Positions 14,201 to 26,674 of a stretch of DNA of 64,000 bases are shown here, piece by piece. Position 1 is the first letter of the stretch; every line of letters begins with the position of its first letter. A model generated the notes under the pieces. The model did not search any database, was not told the DNA's origin, and worked only from the letters and a program-made list of their open reading frames with translations. Where the stretch lies: positions 6,326,001 to 6,390,000 of the forward strand of contig NC_045697.1 of the NCBI RefSeq assembly GCF_009834535.1, read 5' to 3'. A program made the translations under genes and the position numbers. The stretch comes from Camelus ferus (taxonomy: Eukaryota).

Positions 14201-17200
14201 GTTCATTTCAGGTTGACTGAGCCAAGACCCTCATGGAGCCCTGCCTGCTGGACACCCCTCCAAACCCCAGAAGATCCAGAGGATGTGTGCACCCACATCT
14301 GAATGGATTCCTTGCACCCACATTCAGTGTACAAAGTGATGTCCGCAGGGACAGGCACACGTAGCTGTGATTCTGGTCACTACAGGTGATACACCTGCAC
14401 GAGGTGAGCGCTGTGCCTACCTGGATGAAAGCCCTTTAGCATTACTGGATTCATGACTGCCCGGCTGAGCTGATGGCCATTGGTCCATATGGAGAGAACT
14501 ACCAAGCTAATTCAACAGTCTAAGGACTTCTCAATAGAATCAGGGAAACCATTTCACATTAAATGATGCTCCAGTAATTAAGTTAAATCTCATAAGGGCA
14601 GATGGATTAATGCCTGCAGGCACGTGGCTGATGGAGCATCCTGTTGGATCCTGACTTAGCCACTGCCCAGCTTCCACAGAGCATCTCTGTCCTGACAGGC
14701 ACTTCCTCATGCTTCATCTTAACATGGTCAGTCTTTCAGGTTCCTCCAGCATGCAGGATCCTTCCTCAAGCCTGGAGTCAGGGAACTCCTAGCAGCCCAG
14801 AAGAGGGGACTGAGTCCCCTGTAAACTGAAGTTTACTCCTCACATCACAGTCAGTCCTGTTCCCCAACCCGCCCTCTGACCTTTATTTCCATCAGGACTT
14901 GGAAGCAGCTCGGCATAGAGAGACCGGAAACTCAGCCCTTCTCTTAGGAACAAGGTTCCTTCTCAAGGAACAGCTGCCTTGCCAGTGGTAGCAGGGTTGG
15001 TATATGACCCCCATTCTCACATTGACCCCTCCTTACCAGGGCCTCCAAGGTTGAAGGAGCATTAAGAACACAGACCCCAGAAGGAGGGGACAGCTCCCTG
15101 GTGTCTGGGAGCTGGGTGTCATCAGTGTCAGTTGCAAGACCTGTAAACGTACTGGGGCTCTGTCTCTGATGCTGTTTATGCTGCTCAGGAGCCCAGGGGG
15201 AATTAGATTCCCCTGATTCACAGCACATCTCGTGAGCAGCAGGTGTTCCTTGCAGTGGCAGGTTTAAATCTGTTCCTGGCAATTTCTCAGAGTGGTCACT
15301 GGTAGGTGCTTCCCCTTAGAACTTTGCCCAGAGGAGGCAGTGGCTGGATGCGGGGAGGGCAGGGTGGAAGCCTTTGCCTTTCTCTCTCGATGCCTTTGGT
15401 GCCAACTGAAATGTGTCTCAGGAAGTCTGGGAACAGCGCTGATCAGTCAACACCATCACCATCTCCTCTGGCAGGAAGGGCTCGGTTGCTGGTCTCAATT
15501 CAGTGGGTTCTGAAGTGACTCCTATCACCTTGGTGTTAGACTCTGGGGCCTGACAGGACAGTGGAGTTGAGTGTGAGCCAGCTTTGCCCTCTGTGCTGTG
15601 CGACAGCTGTCGGTCTTACCTTCCAGATCTTAGCCCCTTCAGGTGTGTATCTGGTGATGCTTTTCTGTGAAGTGGTCCAGGAGGCCTTTACAATGGCCGG
15701 TCCAGGGAAGGGCAGTAAGGGTGAAAGCTGGCTCACAGAGAACTTGCTGCAGAAGTGAAGGGTACAGCTAGAGTCTTGGTCAGTTTATCTGACCATCAAG
15801 GAAGAGTACACTTATGGAGAAATCTGACTTTCTCTGTTTGCTGGAATAATTTGTGTATAATTGGATTATGTTTGTCTGAACTCTTAGAGAATCCAGGATC
15901 GAAGTTATCTAGGCCCAGAGAATATTTTGTGGAAAGGTTTCAAATGTATATTTTCTATCATAAGATACCTAGATATTAAAAATCTACTTTACTTGCAGTA
16001 TGATTAATAGTTCCAGGTTTTCAAGGTGTTTGTGCCTACATTTGAAGTTTAAATGAGCACTGTTCATAATATACTTTCAATGCTGTAGGTTGGGATACTA
16101 AGAGGAAATATTGGTATGTTTATGACTTTTTGTCAGTGCTGCCAGGGAAAGAATAGTTAATCTTGTAATTTGAAATATAAATGGGTGGGTATGGCTGTAT
16201 TGACACAGGTGTGTCCCCTTAACGGACCCCAGCCCTGACTTTCTTTGTTGGGGTGAGTTGGTTGAAGGTGAACTCAAGGACCAGCTAGAAAAACTCCTGC
16301 CTGATGCTTTCCTGTGATGCAGGGGCAAGGTCTGTAACTTCCTGCTCTCCAGGCAAATACTGTCCAGGTGCCTGCCTTTGTCAGGGGCCGGAGGACCCTC
16401 CTCATCTTCTATGATTGTTTTCCCTATGTTCTTCCCTCTCTAAAAATGAGTCATTTCCATCTAAAACAGTCCCACCTGTAAGCCCATTCCTGTGGTTCTT
16501 CAGCATTAATGGTTTTAGGGGAGACAAGGAGCCGGAGCTGTTTCTCAGGGTTGCGTGATCTTCTGTGTGATCCTCCCTGCTACATCAGGAACTGAACCCT
16601 GGATATTCCAGGTCGTCTTCTTAGTTCTTAGAAATGCCAGTGTTTAAGTGTGGTTTGGTTCTCCACTCTGTCCTGACTTCTCAGTGGAATCTAGACCTAA
16701 ATCTGCATTGTCATTAGCAAGGATGACATCTTAGACTGATGGAGATAGATTACTTTCTAAATATATAATATAGAAAACTGTTACCTCTTTCTACTGCTAA
16801 TGAAATCTGCCATAACTCAGAGTCAGAACAGCCGTCTGAACACAACAGGGGCCACAGTGAATTAACCGCAATCCATGACCGTGGATAGAATCCTGAATCC
16901 ACATGCACGGATGACTTGTGTTCCTCTCTCCCTTGCACTATGGGTGCACCTGAGGAAGGGGGTGCTTGAGTGAGAGGAAAACATTCTTTTCGTCTTCTGC
17001 ACATTAGCCTTTGTCTTTCCTTGATGTTTTGTGGGAGAATGAACGTGGCTGAAGATCAGATGTAGGAACTCTTACTGACTCCACATAGTTTTACACAATT
17101 CTGTGTCTATGCTGAATACGTCCTTTCACATTTGATGTCTGCGTTCTTTGGGCTAGTATCCACCCCTGTCTCTTTGAGAATGTTGACTCTACATCTTCAT

Positions 17201-17986
17201 TTCTTGCTCTATGAATCCCTTTATGGTGTACAGGTTGTTTTCTTTAGAATATGGTGCCCTTTAGTTAGTTTCTTGGAATTTTGTGTTCTTTGGATGACTC
17301 TGTTTCCTCTGGGGAAATTTCAAGGAGAAGAACCTGAGACCTCCCAGTCTTGGAGAACATCCAGTTTCAGTACAAAAGGTATTTACCCCAGAGGGACGTT
17401 GCCTCAATCAGTTAGAAAACCAAAATCGTTTAAATCTAGCAGGTTGGTGAATATATATGCCCAGGAAGAAAGGACCTAAATGGTAGAAAGTAGGTGCCCT
17501 TTTTTTTTCTTTTTAATTCTGAAAGCCTTTGGCATCAATAGTAATAAGAATGTCCCAGACAGGGAGGGGACAGTGTGCATCATGGACAACACTGCACCTT
17601 CTTTTGTGTGCAGCCAAGGCTTGTCTCAGAGACAAGTGCAGAATTCTGAAACCATCACAGTCCCACAGCTTCATGCAGTTGAGAATACTTACATTGGCCC
17701 CAAACCAGGAGCCAGAGACATTTTTCTGGGTGGGAGAAACAGCGGTTGGCCCTACCTTCTGGCTTATTCTTGGTGATGGTTTCCCGAGGAGAGTGCCCAG
17801 AGGTCCTGAGGAAATGTCTGTTATAAGAGGAAAATGAACAATGCTAGGACTGTTTGTAAAGAACATGCTGGCTGACAGGAGCGGGTGGGATGGGATTGCC
17901 TCTCCTGGCAGCTCTGTATTTCAGGAGGCCAGTGAGGTTCCTGCTTCATGTAGGCTCATTGGCCAGCAAAGAATCACGTGTGGGCC

Positions 17987-18399
17987 GCGAGCCCAGTGCT
18001 CCAGAGGACTGGCGTCTTCAACAGTGTTTGGGCAGAACAGACCCAGGGATGCCTCTTGCTCCAGCTTATGACCCCTCCCTCTAACTTCTTTTCCAGCTGC
18101 AAACTTGAAAACCATTTTCTCTGGTATCCTCTGCCTTTGGGACCAGCCGACACCATTTTTTGAGCTTCGTCCCTTATTGCCAATCAACCATGAGCTCCCA
18201 GATCCCTCAGAATGATTCCACTGAGGCGGAGGCTGTGGTCAGCCGCCTGGTCAACTTCTATCTGCGAGCCTGCTGCTCCTGCCCTTCTCTGGGCTTCCAT
18301 TTCAGCGGCAACAGTGAGGCTCCAGAGGGACGGGGCCAATTCTGTGAGTTGGCCAAGAAATGTGAAGGTGCCAAGTGTCTCATAAAGATGCAAAACTAG
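17987..18399 (+). pseudogene. FTL: Ferritin light chain processed pseudogene: full 5' UTR plus roughly the first 70 codons, 3'-truncated
   Basis: ATG at 18190 gives [38 protein letters not shown]...[17 protein letters not shown], versus FTL [38 protein letters not shown]...ELAEEKREGAERLLKMQN. The exon 1/2 junction is fused, and the upstream 200 nt matches the FTL 5' UTR. Confidence 0.93.
18010..18042 (+). promoter_or_regulatory. Iron-responsive element remnant within the FTL retrocopy
   Basis: C-TTCAA-CAGTGT-TTGGG at 18016-18032: bulged C, 5-bp upper stem with G-U pairs, and CAGUGN loop. The lower stem is degenerate. Confidence 0.75.
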
Positions 18400-19929
18400 C
18401 TCTTAAAGGGGCAAAACCTGGGTTTAGGAAAACTGAAGATTGTGACACTTAAACATGGCAAATCGCAGCAGACAGGAACCTGTGTGGGCAGTCTCCCCAG
18501 AACACAGTCCCCATCTTCACAGTAAGAGGAGTGTTTAGTGCGGGAGCTGCTCCCTGTTAACTCCTGAGCTCCTTCCTGTGTTTCTCCAGCCGCTGAGCAC
18601 CCGGGGGTTCGTGTGCTGTGCAGCTGTAGGGTCTGGTTGGAGCAGTGAGATGAAAACTGCTTTCCTGCTTGATGCCATGGGGCCAGAGGTGGGACCCTGG
18701 GGTGTAAACTTCCCATTTCCCAGCATGAGTCACTGGGCGTGGTCTCTAAGCGGTTCGATCAATCACCCAAGGTGTGATAATTTTCCACTCGACTCCTTTC
18801 AGAGCAGTAATTTCTCCTGTGACCTAAAAGATTTCTCTTTATTTCTAACTGCCATCTTAGATGAAGGAGGCTCTCTTTGGGATCTCCAGCCCTTCTTCAA
18901 TGTATTCTTAGAATTCTTTCTTGGTCGGAGGTGGTTTAGGAACACCACTGCCTTTCCCCCATCATGCATGTAATGAAGATGTCTCTTTGCTAAATGCAGC
19001 TTTGAGGAGGTGACTCAATTCCTCTTTCGCCTGCAGTGTCTAACCCAAGGGTAGGTTGGGACTTGTGATGTGCTGACTGACCAAGGCAAAGGCTTCCACA
19101 GCTATTTTTGCTTTGACTTTGCCTGAGGGGTCTTATTTTGGAGCAATTCTATCCTGCCAGCCCTGCTGGAGACAGCCTAGGTCATGCTCCAACATTGTGT
19201 GCCTGGAATTATTCTTTATATGTCAGAGGGGCCTTTTTCATCCTTGAGTGTGTGTGACATTCTAGGTGGAGCCGTTAACCTTTTGGATGTCCTGGGAGAA
19301 CGTTTAGCTCTAATTTATTCTTGGATATGTCAACTGAATGTGCATTACCTGGCAGTATTTGATAGGCCTGGGCCACTCCAGTCTTTCTCCAAGGCTCTTA
19401 TAACCTAAGTGCGCCATCATTAGAAGCTGATCCCATGTGAGTGCATTGTCTTCAGAGGAATGGATTCAGTGTCTTAATATGGTGGTCCCTTCAGGTGACA
19501 TCCTTCCTTATCTGTAGGTCCATTTTTCGTGGGTTTTGTTTACTGTGTCTGAAATGCATTTGGATGGGGGAATGAATCAACCCAGAACGTGTATCGGACT
19601 GCTGTCCTTTGAAGGACGGTCCACACCAGGTTTGAGTGCTGAAGCTTAGGGAAATTTGCTTGATGCTGATCTTTGATGCTTACCCAGCACCCTCACAACG
19701 GGCACTGGCCGCCTGCGCCGCCTTTTCCAGACCTGGGTGGGCTGTGTCATGAAAGCCTTACCCTGTGGTTCTCTTGGAGTAACGGCTTTCCTTACGTGAG
19801 AGAGTGAGGTATGTTTCAAGGTTTCCTGAATCTCCTGGGTCAGCCGTGTGACTAGACCAGGCACTCAACACTGGGTATTCCTGTTTCTTCTTTAGTCTTC
19901 ACAAGAGCCAATGATCCTGTAATGTAATT

Positions 19930-20860
19930 TTTATTCATCACTATTTGATAAAGTAGGTAAATAATCCTCAACTCTTAAAACCTCAATTTCTGGTGAAAAA
20001 TAAGAAGTAAGCAAAAATGAATTGTCTTTTACATTAGCATTCTGTAGATTGGTGAACATACATACCAACAATAATGTCTCAAACCATGTGCTTTCTTGTA
20101 GAAAATGTCCCATTTTGGCACTAAACGTATTAAAATTCCCTAAATATCTTCAGTTTCCCTGCAAAAGGAAGCCAATATTCAGTAATTAATGTTTCAGTGT
20201 CTTTCTTTATTAGCTATTCAATAAACTTCCATCATTTAACATGATTAGTACAACTCTAAAATTTTAAGTTACTAAATACCTGGAGAAATTATTTTTAAGT
20301 AGACATTTATAAAGTATAATTACTCCTAAAGAATTCACCCAAAAGCTCTTACCTCACTTGCATTCAATTTACTTTAAAAGATTTCATACCAAGTTATTTT
20401 TCTTGCTGACAAATTTGCAACAGATATAATAAGATCTTATTTGACTTCTATTAAACCTAGGTACAACAAAGGTATTTTACTTAATGTTGGTGACTCTAAA
20501 AACATGTCTACATTAATTAAATTAGCAAACTTTAATATCAGGTTGTTAATTTAATACCGAATATTTCCCAGTTCATATGAACATGAAATTCATTCTGGTC
20601 AGTTTCCTTTTATATTTCTGAGAATTTATGTAAGTGCTTAATTTCCTTTAAGCCAATTAAGTAGAGCTCATTTAAAAATTAATTTTGATAATACCATTCA
20701 TTCAAAGGGAAAGACATACATAATACACACACAGACATATAGGCAGACACAACCAGAGATCTCATAGCTTCATTTTCCAAACTTAATAATGAATCAGATA
20801 TTACAATATAAAACTCACTAGTTTTAACAGTTAGAATAAGCTAAATTTAAAAAGGCTTCT
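19930..20860. mobile_element. AT-rich segment, probably ERV1 internal non-coding remnant
   Basis: Abrupt AT-rich block resembling MER-type ERV1 internal sequence; family not resolved. Confidence 0.35.
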
Positions 20861-21529
20861 CCCCTCCCCCCCCTTTTTTTTGTTCCTGCAGCCTCAGGAA
20901 TGAGAGATGGTCTAGGTAAGATAAACGTTCCTGAGAAGCCCTGGTCTTCAGGCACAGGGAGAGAAAAGCAATTTCTCCTCGAAGTACGTGTTCCCTCAGT
21001 GTCAGAATTCTGAAAAGGTTTTCCAGCTCTGCTTTTAGTACCTGCGAGAAGTGGGTGCGGCTTTCAGTGTAGCCCTGTGGCGTTATGGTTCCCTTATATT
21101 GCCTCTCATTAAAAGTAGATGCAAAAAGATACCGATATTAAAAATGCACTGCATAGCTCTATCACAGAAAAGAAGTCACTGTTTTTAGGAATATAGGACA
21201 ATAAGGCATGGGGGTTTGGCACTGCAGAATGACAAATAATAGTAGCATTGATAGACCTCAGATTTGTACAAATCTCCAACCCTTGCCATCAGGTTTTTTA
21301 ACTGGCAGGACGGGAGCGTCACAAGGGCTGGCGCAAGGCATGCCGAGCCCTTCTCAGTGCAAGCTGGTGTCGAAGCGCTTACCCCGCCCATGGCTCCCGC
21401 CTTGGTGGGTGCTGACGAACTTGGGCAGGGGCTAATTCTTACCAGCCAAGTTGTGACAGTCCCTCACTGGGTGAGCGATTGCCAGACAAAGAGGAAATTT
21501 CTTCCTCTTGCTCTTGCTGCTGGTGACAG

Positions 21530-22080
21530 TCATGCCATTAGTTTTCAGCTCCCGAATTTCTTTTTGGTTGGATTTTAGGCTTTCTGTCTCCTCATTGACA
21601 CTCCTATTTTGTTCATGTATCATTTTCTTGACTTTCCCCATGTCTTCCTTTAGCGCCTTGCACATCGTTAAGACGGTCGTTTTCAAATCTTTGTCTAGTA
21701 GAGCTGCCATCAGCTCTCTCTCCAGGATAGTTTCTCTCGGCTTATTTTTCCCCACTTTGGGCCATATGGGCCTTTTTTGGTGTGCTTTTTAATTTTTTTG
21801 GTTAAACTTGATATTCCAATCTAATAATATAACTCTGTAAATCAGATTCTCCTTCACAGCTTGCTTTTTTTCTCTTGTTTGTTCATTTTATAATAATTAT
21901 AGACACTCTCTGTGCCATTGATCCACCTGAGGTTTAAATTAAGGTCTTTTTCAGGTCTTTACTGAGCCTGTGACTTTCCTGAAGCATGCATGGTTACTTT
22001 CTAATTTTCCTCAAATATATAATTGCGTTAGAATGTCCATCAGGGTCTGGTTTCCAAAATGAAAAAAGGGAAAAAAATGA
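21530..22080 (-). mobile_element. Old L1M ORF1 fragment
   Basis: Minus-strand peptide LLDKDLKTTVLTMCKALKEDMGKVKKMIHEQNRSVNEETESLKSNQKEIRELK resembles the ORF1p coiled coil. Confidence 0.75.
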
Positions 22081-22731
22081 AGGTTCTCTGCATGCAGTGA
22101 CACAAATTGCCAAAAGAGGGCAGAGATGTAGATCCAAAGTCTACAGTGGGTGCAACATTGAGTCTGGTTTCTGGTTATAGCCATAGGGAGGTGTGGGATT
22201 ACCCACTAGTGACTGAATACCCTTAGACCCCATTCCAGCTTAAATGATACCTTAAGTCAAGTCATCTTGTCATGTGATGTATGAAACATAAAGTTTTCGA
22301 TATTAGCTAGCATTAATTCATGCAAACATAATTAAGGAAAGTTGGTTAGAAATAGGTTGAGTTGATATAATTGATATGCTTGCCTCTATAATCAAGAACC
22401 GAGACACTGCACGTATCATAGGAGCTAAAATTTATATGACTATAGGAGGAAATGGAAGAGGGAATGCTTATAGTTGGAGGATTGGGAAAAAGTGGTCACT
22501 GAAGGCTTTAGCTGGAAGTGATGGTAAGAGTGGAAAAAAATCAGAGCTCAGAATTGCTGAGGTGCTCTCACATCTGCTACTGTAGTTACAGGCAGAATCT
22601 TAGGAAGAGCTCTTAGGAGGTAGAGCTCATGGAGAAGTTTGCAAAGCCACCAGATCTAGTACCACGCCTCTTGAACCCCGTATCTTGGGTGAGTTCTTTT
22701 CATTGGAAAACTTCAATTCATACTTGGCAGG

Positions 22732-23010
22732 TGTATTCATTGTCTCTTGCCGTATAACAAATTACCACTCTTCGCAGCCTAAAACCACACACTATCTCTC
22801 AATTTCTGTGACTTAGGAATGCGGGTGTGACTTAGCTGGGTCGCCTGCTTTGGAATGTCACAAAGCAGCCCTCTAGGGGTTGGCGAGCGCTGCAGTCCCA
22901 GCTCCAGTCTTAACTGGAGAAGGATGAATTTCTAAGTGCATGTGCTTGTTATGAGAGTTCATTCTGTTCCTTGTGGCCTGTCGGGCTGAGGGCCTCAGTT
23001 TCCATGTTAA
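22732..23010 (-). mobile_element. MLT1-type MaLR LTR
   Basis: tgtatt...taacaaattaccac...ttagctgggtc, the typical reverse-strand MLT1 terminus. Confidence 0.65.
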
Positions 23011-23089
23011 ATCTCCATGGAGAGTATCCATCCATCACTTAATGAAGTAGAAAATGTGATTCAGGTCCCTTATGGCACGAGTCACTCCA

Positions 23090-23540
23090 GTGCAGGCAGG
23101 ATGAACACATGAACAAAGTGGCCCCAGTGACAGAGGTGGGGTCTATAAATGGGTCAAACAACATGGGCCCCCACTTCCCAGGCTGGTCTAGCACTGGCCA
23201 CCATGGACTGTCCGCCCTGCCAACAATGGAGACTGACACTGGTCCCCCAGTGTGGCACCATTTCCCAAGGAAACCAACTGTCAAGGTGGTGGTAAGCTTA
23301 TTACATTGGGTCCTCCGGGTCCTAGAAGGTGTGCTGGTCTGTACTCACAGTGATAGATACCTGTTCTGCCTGAGGCTGTGCTCTCTCAACTGTGAGAACC
23401 CCGGGGAGCATCTCTAGCTTAGGGTATGTTGGATCCCCTGGGACCAGACTCCACACAGCCTCATGCCTAGTGCGAGACCAGCCTGCAGTAAATGAGATGC
23501 AGGAGAGAGATCGTGATCATGGGATCCACTGATCAAATCA
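23090..23540 (+). mobile_element. ERVL pol integrase remnant
   Basis: Decayed HEQSG...QQHG...CPPCQQWRLTL.P.CGTI.QG.Q...WW...YIG parallels the ERVL integrase HHCC region and core start. Confidence 0.75.
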
Positions 23541-25317
23541 ACAGTGTCAGTTTCACACTGCTTTTCTAAACGGTCAGTTTAGATCCTTGAGTTTTTAGTG
23601 CCGAGATCTCTTGCAAATCCTCGTGACAAGAGAAAAGTCCTAAGAAAATCTGCCCTGCCCCCTGAGATCTCTGTGGTCCCTCATTAGGTCATGGGTTGAG
23701 GACACCTTTTCTTTCTGCCTGCTTAGCATCCATTGTCCCTCTTTCTGATACCACACCCTGCTTTTTCCCAGCTTGTGTGTTTAGGCTGAGCTCATTCTGT
23801 TCAAGTATCCAGTTCTGATCAATCAGGTCATCTTAGCCCCTCATCATACCAGTGGGCTCAGTGATGCGTTAGTGGAAGGAAATGGCTATAAGCAGGTCGG
23901 CAATGCATTTGCTTTATTTCATGGGGAATACTTCTGGGAAAGAAGGATAGTAACCTGGTCAAATCTTTGAAAATATCCTAATGACACACCTCCTGGCAAA
24001 CCACCAGTGTTTTTTTGTTTCCCCCTAGGATTTCCTTATCCAGGAATATTTTTATCCATCCAGAATTGTTTATGCCCCATATACCCATGGGTTGCCAGTT
24101 TGTACAGAATAAACATGTTATGGAGGCTACATAAATAGTGGAATATAAAATAAACATTTCATGATGAAACAGCGCCTTTCTGTGTAAGTTATGTGAGCAT
24201 AGGCATCGTTTAGAGACCTCACCTGTTAAATCTTGGTCAGAGAAGGTCCTAAAGTGGCAAGAAAGGGCATGGAGAGAGACACTGATGCTCCTGAATCCCT
24301 CCCTGCTCGGCTTGTGCCTCGTGAATATTCTTAGCCTTGAAATTGTTAATGCAGCCTGATCTGGATAAGAGCTTCAGTTCTTGTGAAGCTATTTTGATAA
24401 TCTCATCCTATAAGACCCAAATTTACCACAAGTAACAGAACTCAGTCCCTACTAGACTTCTGGGCAGAGTGACACCCGACCGGCTGGGACTGAAGGGAGA
24501 ATAAGATGCAAACCTGACAACGTTGAAACCACCCCAAATGCCATCGAGGGACTCTGGTTGACAATGCAAACTCTAAGAGGAAACATACCATGGGGCCGAT
24601 ACAAATTGCTTCTGACACCATTGTTTGAAGTCTTGGATCCAACTACATGTGAGACTAAAGTCTTGGGCTCCCCAGTTAAGTGAGGGACTTGATGACTTTG
24701 CCTTATGTAAGCCAGTTTAAATTAGCTTTTCTTTCCCGGTCATCTGGAAGAAACTGAAGGAATGGGCCCACTTTTCCAGCTTTGTTGTTGGAAAACAGAT
24801 TTCCCACACAGGTACTGTGCGTTCATATGGATCACAACGAGTTATAAAATACACATAAAAACATGCATCCTGTTAAGTGAAACCAGACTCTTGAACTCTT
24901 TGTTAAACCAACTTATCTATCTCACAATAGGAAAGTGGTTACATCAGCTTCTGGCACAAATATTTAACAGTACTGGAGTTGTGCATTCGTTAAGTATTTG
25001 TAAGATGGCAAATATAAGGTACCTGTGATGTGGTGCAGGAGGAAGCACTGTCTTCTAAATAGTCTTACCAAAAATAGAACCTGATCTGGATCAAGCCTCT
25101 AGACTTAAGTACTGTTTACAGGACGATGGAGACACATTGGTGCAAATGCTCTTGGTGTCCCTCTCAGATCATAGAAACCTGCTTGCTGCTGGGAGCCTTG
25201 GCCGCTTCACATTCACTGACACCCCTCCTCTAGAGAATTGCCTTTAGGCAAAAGCGAGTCCTTGCTTAAGAGGTTGCCATGCCCACCCGCTCCGGGAACT
25301 CCTAGCCCGCGATTTTT

Positions 25318-25829
25318 TAAAATTGAAATATTAGTTTCACATGTACAGCAAAGTGATTCAGATTTTTATTACAGTCCATTATAGGTTATTACAAGATATT
25401 CAATATAATTCACTGTGCTCTACAGGTAATACTTGTTGCTTGTCTAGTTCATGTGTAATAATTTGTATCTGTTAATTCCCAGACTCCTAATTTGTCTCTC
25501 CCTCGCTCTCCCCTTTGGTAACCATAAGTTTGCTTTCTATGTGAGTCTGTTTCTGTTTTGTATATAGATTTGTTTGTATTCTCTTTAGCTTCCGCATGTA
25601 AATGACATCATACAGTATTTGTCTTTCTCTGACTTCACTAAGTATAATATTCTCTGGGTCCATCCATGATGCTCCAAGTGGCACTATTTCATTCTTTCTT
25701 ATGGCTGAGTAATATTCTATTGTGTGTGTGTGTGTGTGTGTGTACACACACACAGTATCTTAAGCCAGTCGTCTGTTGATGGTCACTTGGGTTGTGTCCA
25801 TGTCTTGGCTGTTATAAACAGTGCCGCTG
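25318..25829 (-). mobile_element. 5'-truncated L1 3' end inserted in an older LTR, with a 15-bp target-site duplication
   Basis: TSD tagcccgcgattttt (25303-25317) and tagcccgtgattttt (25830-25844). L1 3' UTR sequence with an internal (GT)n tract. Confidence 0.85.
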
Positions 25830-26431
25830 TAGCCCGTGATTTTTGAAAAGAGCAGCTATAAGCTGGCTCCTTGTCGCAAAGGGGAATCAACTGTGGTACC
25901 AGGGCTCCCCCTAGCAACAGGCTGAAGCTAATCTCCAACTGAGACCTGTCTTTGCTTAGCTGTTTTCCTCCCTCTTTCCCCACCCCGCATTTTCCTGTTC
26001 CTGAAAGCACCCCCTCAATAAACCACTTTCACAAAAATTCCTGTCTTAGGCTCCGCTTCGAGGAAATCTGTCTTACTACAAACATGTAGAAGCTCCCTCA
26101 TTGTACATGAGGCTGATCGCCTCCCTCTGTTTCCACAAGTCAAACAACAGTGCTTCTTCAACAAATAAATTCCAAGGGGGAGAAAAAAAAAAGAGGGGGA
26201 AACTGTTAGAGACTAAAGAGATGTAAGAGTCATCCAAAACAAAAACAAAAACAAAAAAACAAAACCCACATTGAACGGCTCTTGCTTGGATCCTGATTCA
26301 AGCCAACCAACCATAAAAGGACATTTAGGAGACAACTGGGAAAAGCTGAAGAGACTAGATATTGGACAATATTGAGGAACTGTTGACATGTTTTAGTTAT
26401 AGTATCTTTGTGCTTGTTGTTTTTCAGGTCT

Positions 26432-26488
26432 TTATATATATATATATATTTATATTATATGTGTGTGTGTATATATATATATATATAA
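26432..26488. repeat. (TA)n/(TG)n compound microsatellite
   Basis: Read directly from the sequence. Confidence 0.85.
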
Positions 26489-26674
26489 TTTATAGGTAGA
26501 ATGGTATAATCCTGGAATTCACTTTAAAATAACCCAGCAGCAAAGGTGGGTAGTGTGTGAGAACAGAGATAAAACAAGATTAAGCATATGTTGAAAATTA
26601 CTGAGTCTGATGATGGGTCCATGTGGGTTTTACTATTTTCTCTACTATTGCATATGTTTAAATTTTTCAATAAT

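Larger units (their letters stand above)
450..19750. repeat. Ancient degenerate tandem or segmental repeat array
   Basis: Collinear diverged blocks: 10250-10710 with 16230-16690; 11305-11700 with 17520-17915; 12585-12830 with 18405-18600; 13290-13910 with 18790-19530; 930-2030 with 11360-12530. A shared motif recurs near 565, 11030, 13855, 17240 and 19462. Confidence 0.8.

Noticed and set aside
17100..17260. Faint homeodomain-like reading on the minus strand (RAPYSKENNLYTIKGF...ILAQRT...RIQ) within the array monomer
   Set aside because: No WFxN motif, and the paralogous copies do not keep a consistent frame. Too weak without an HMM search of a monomer consensus.
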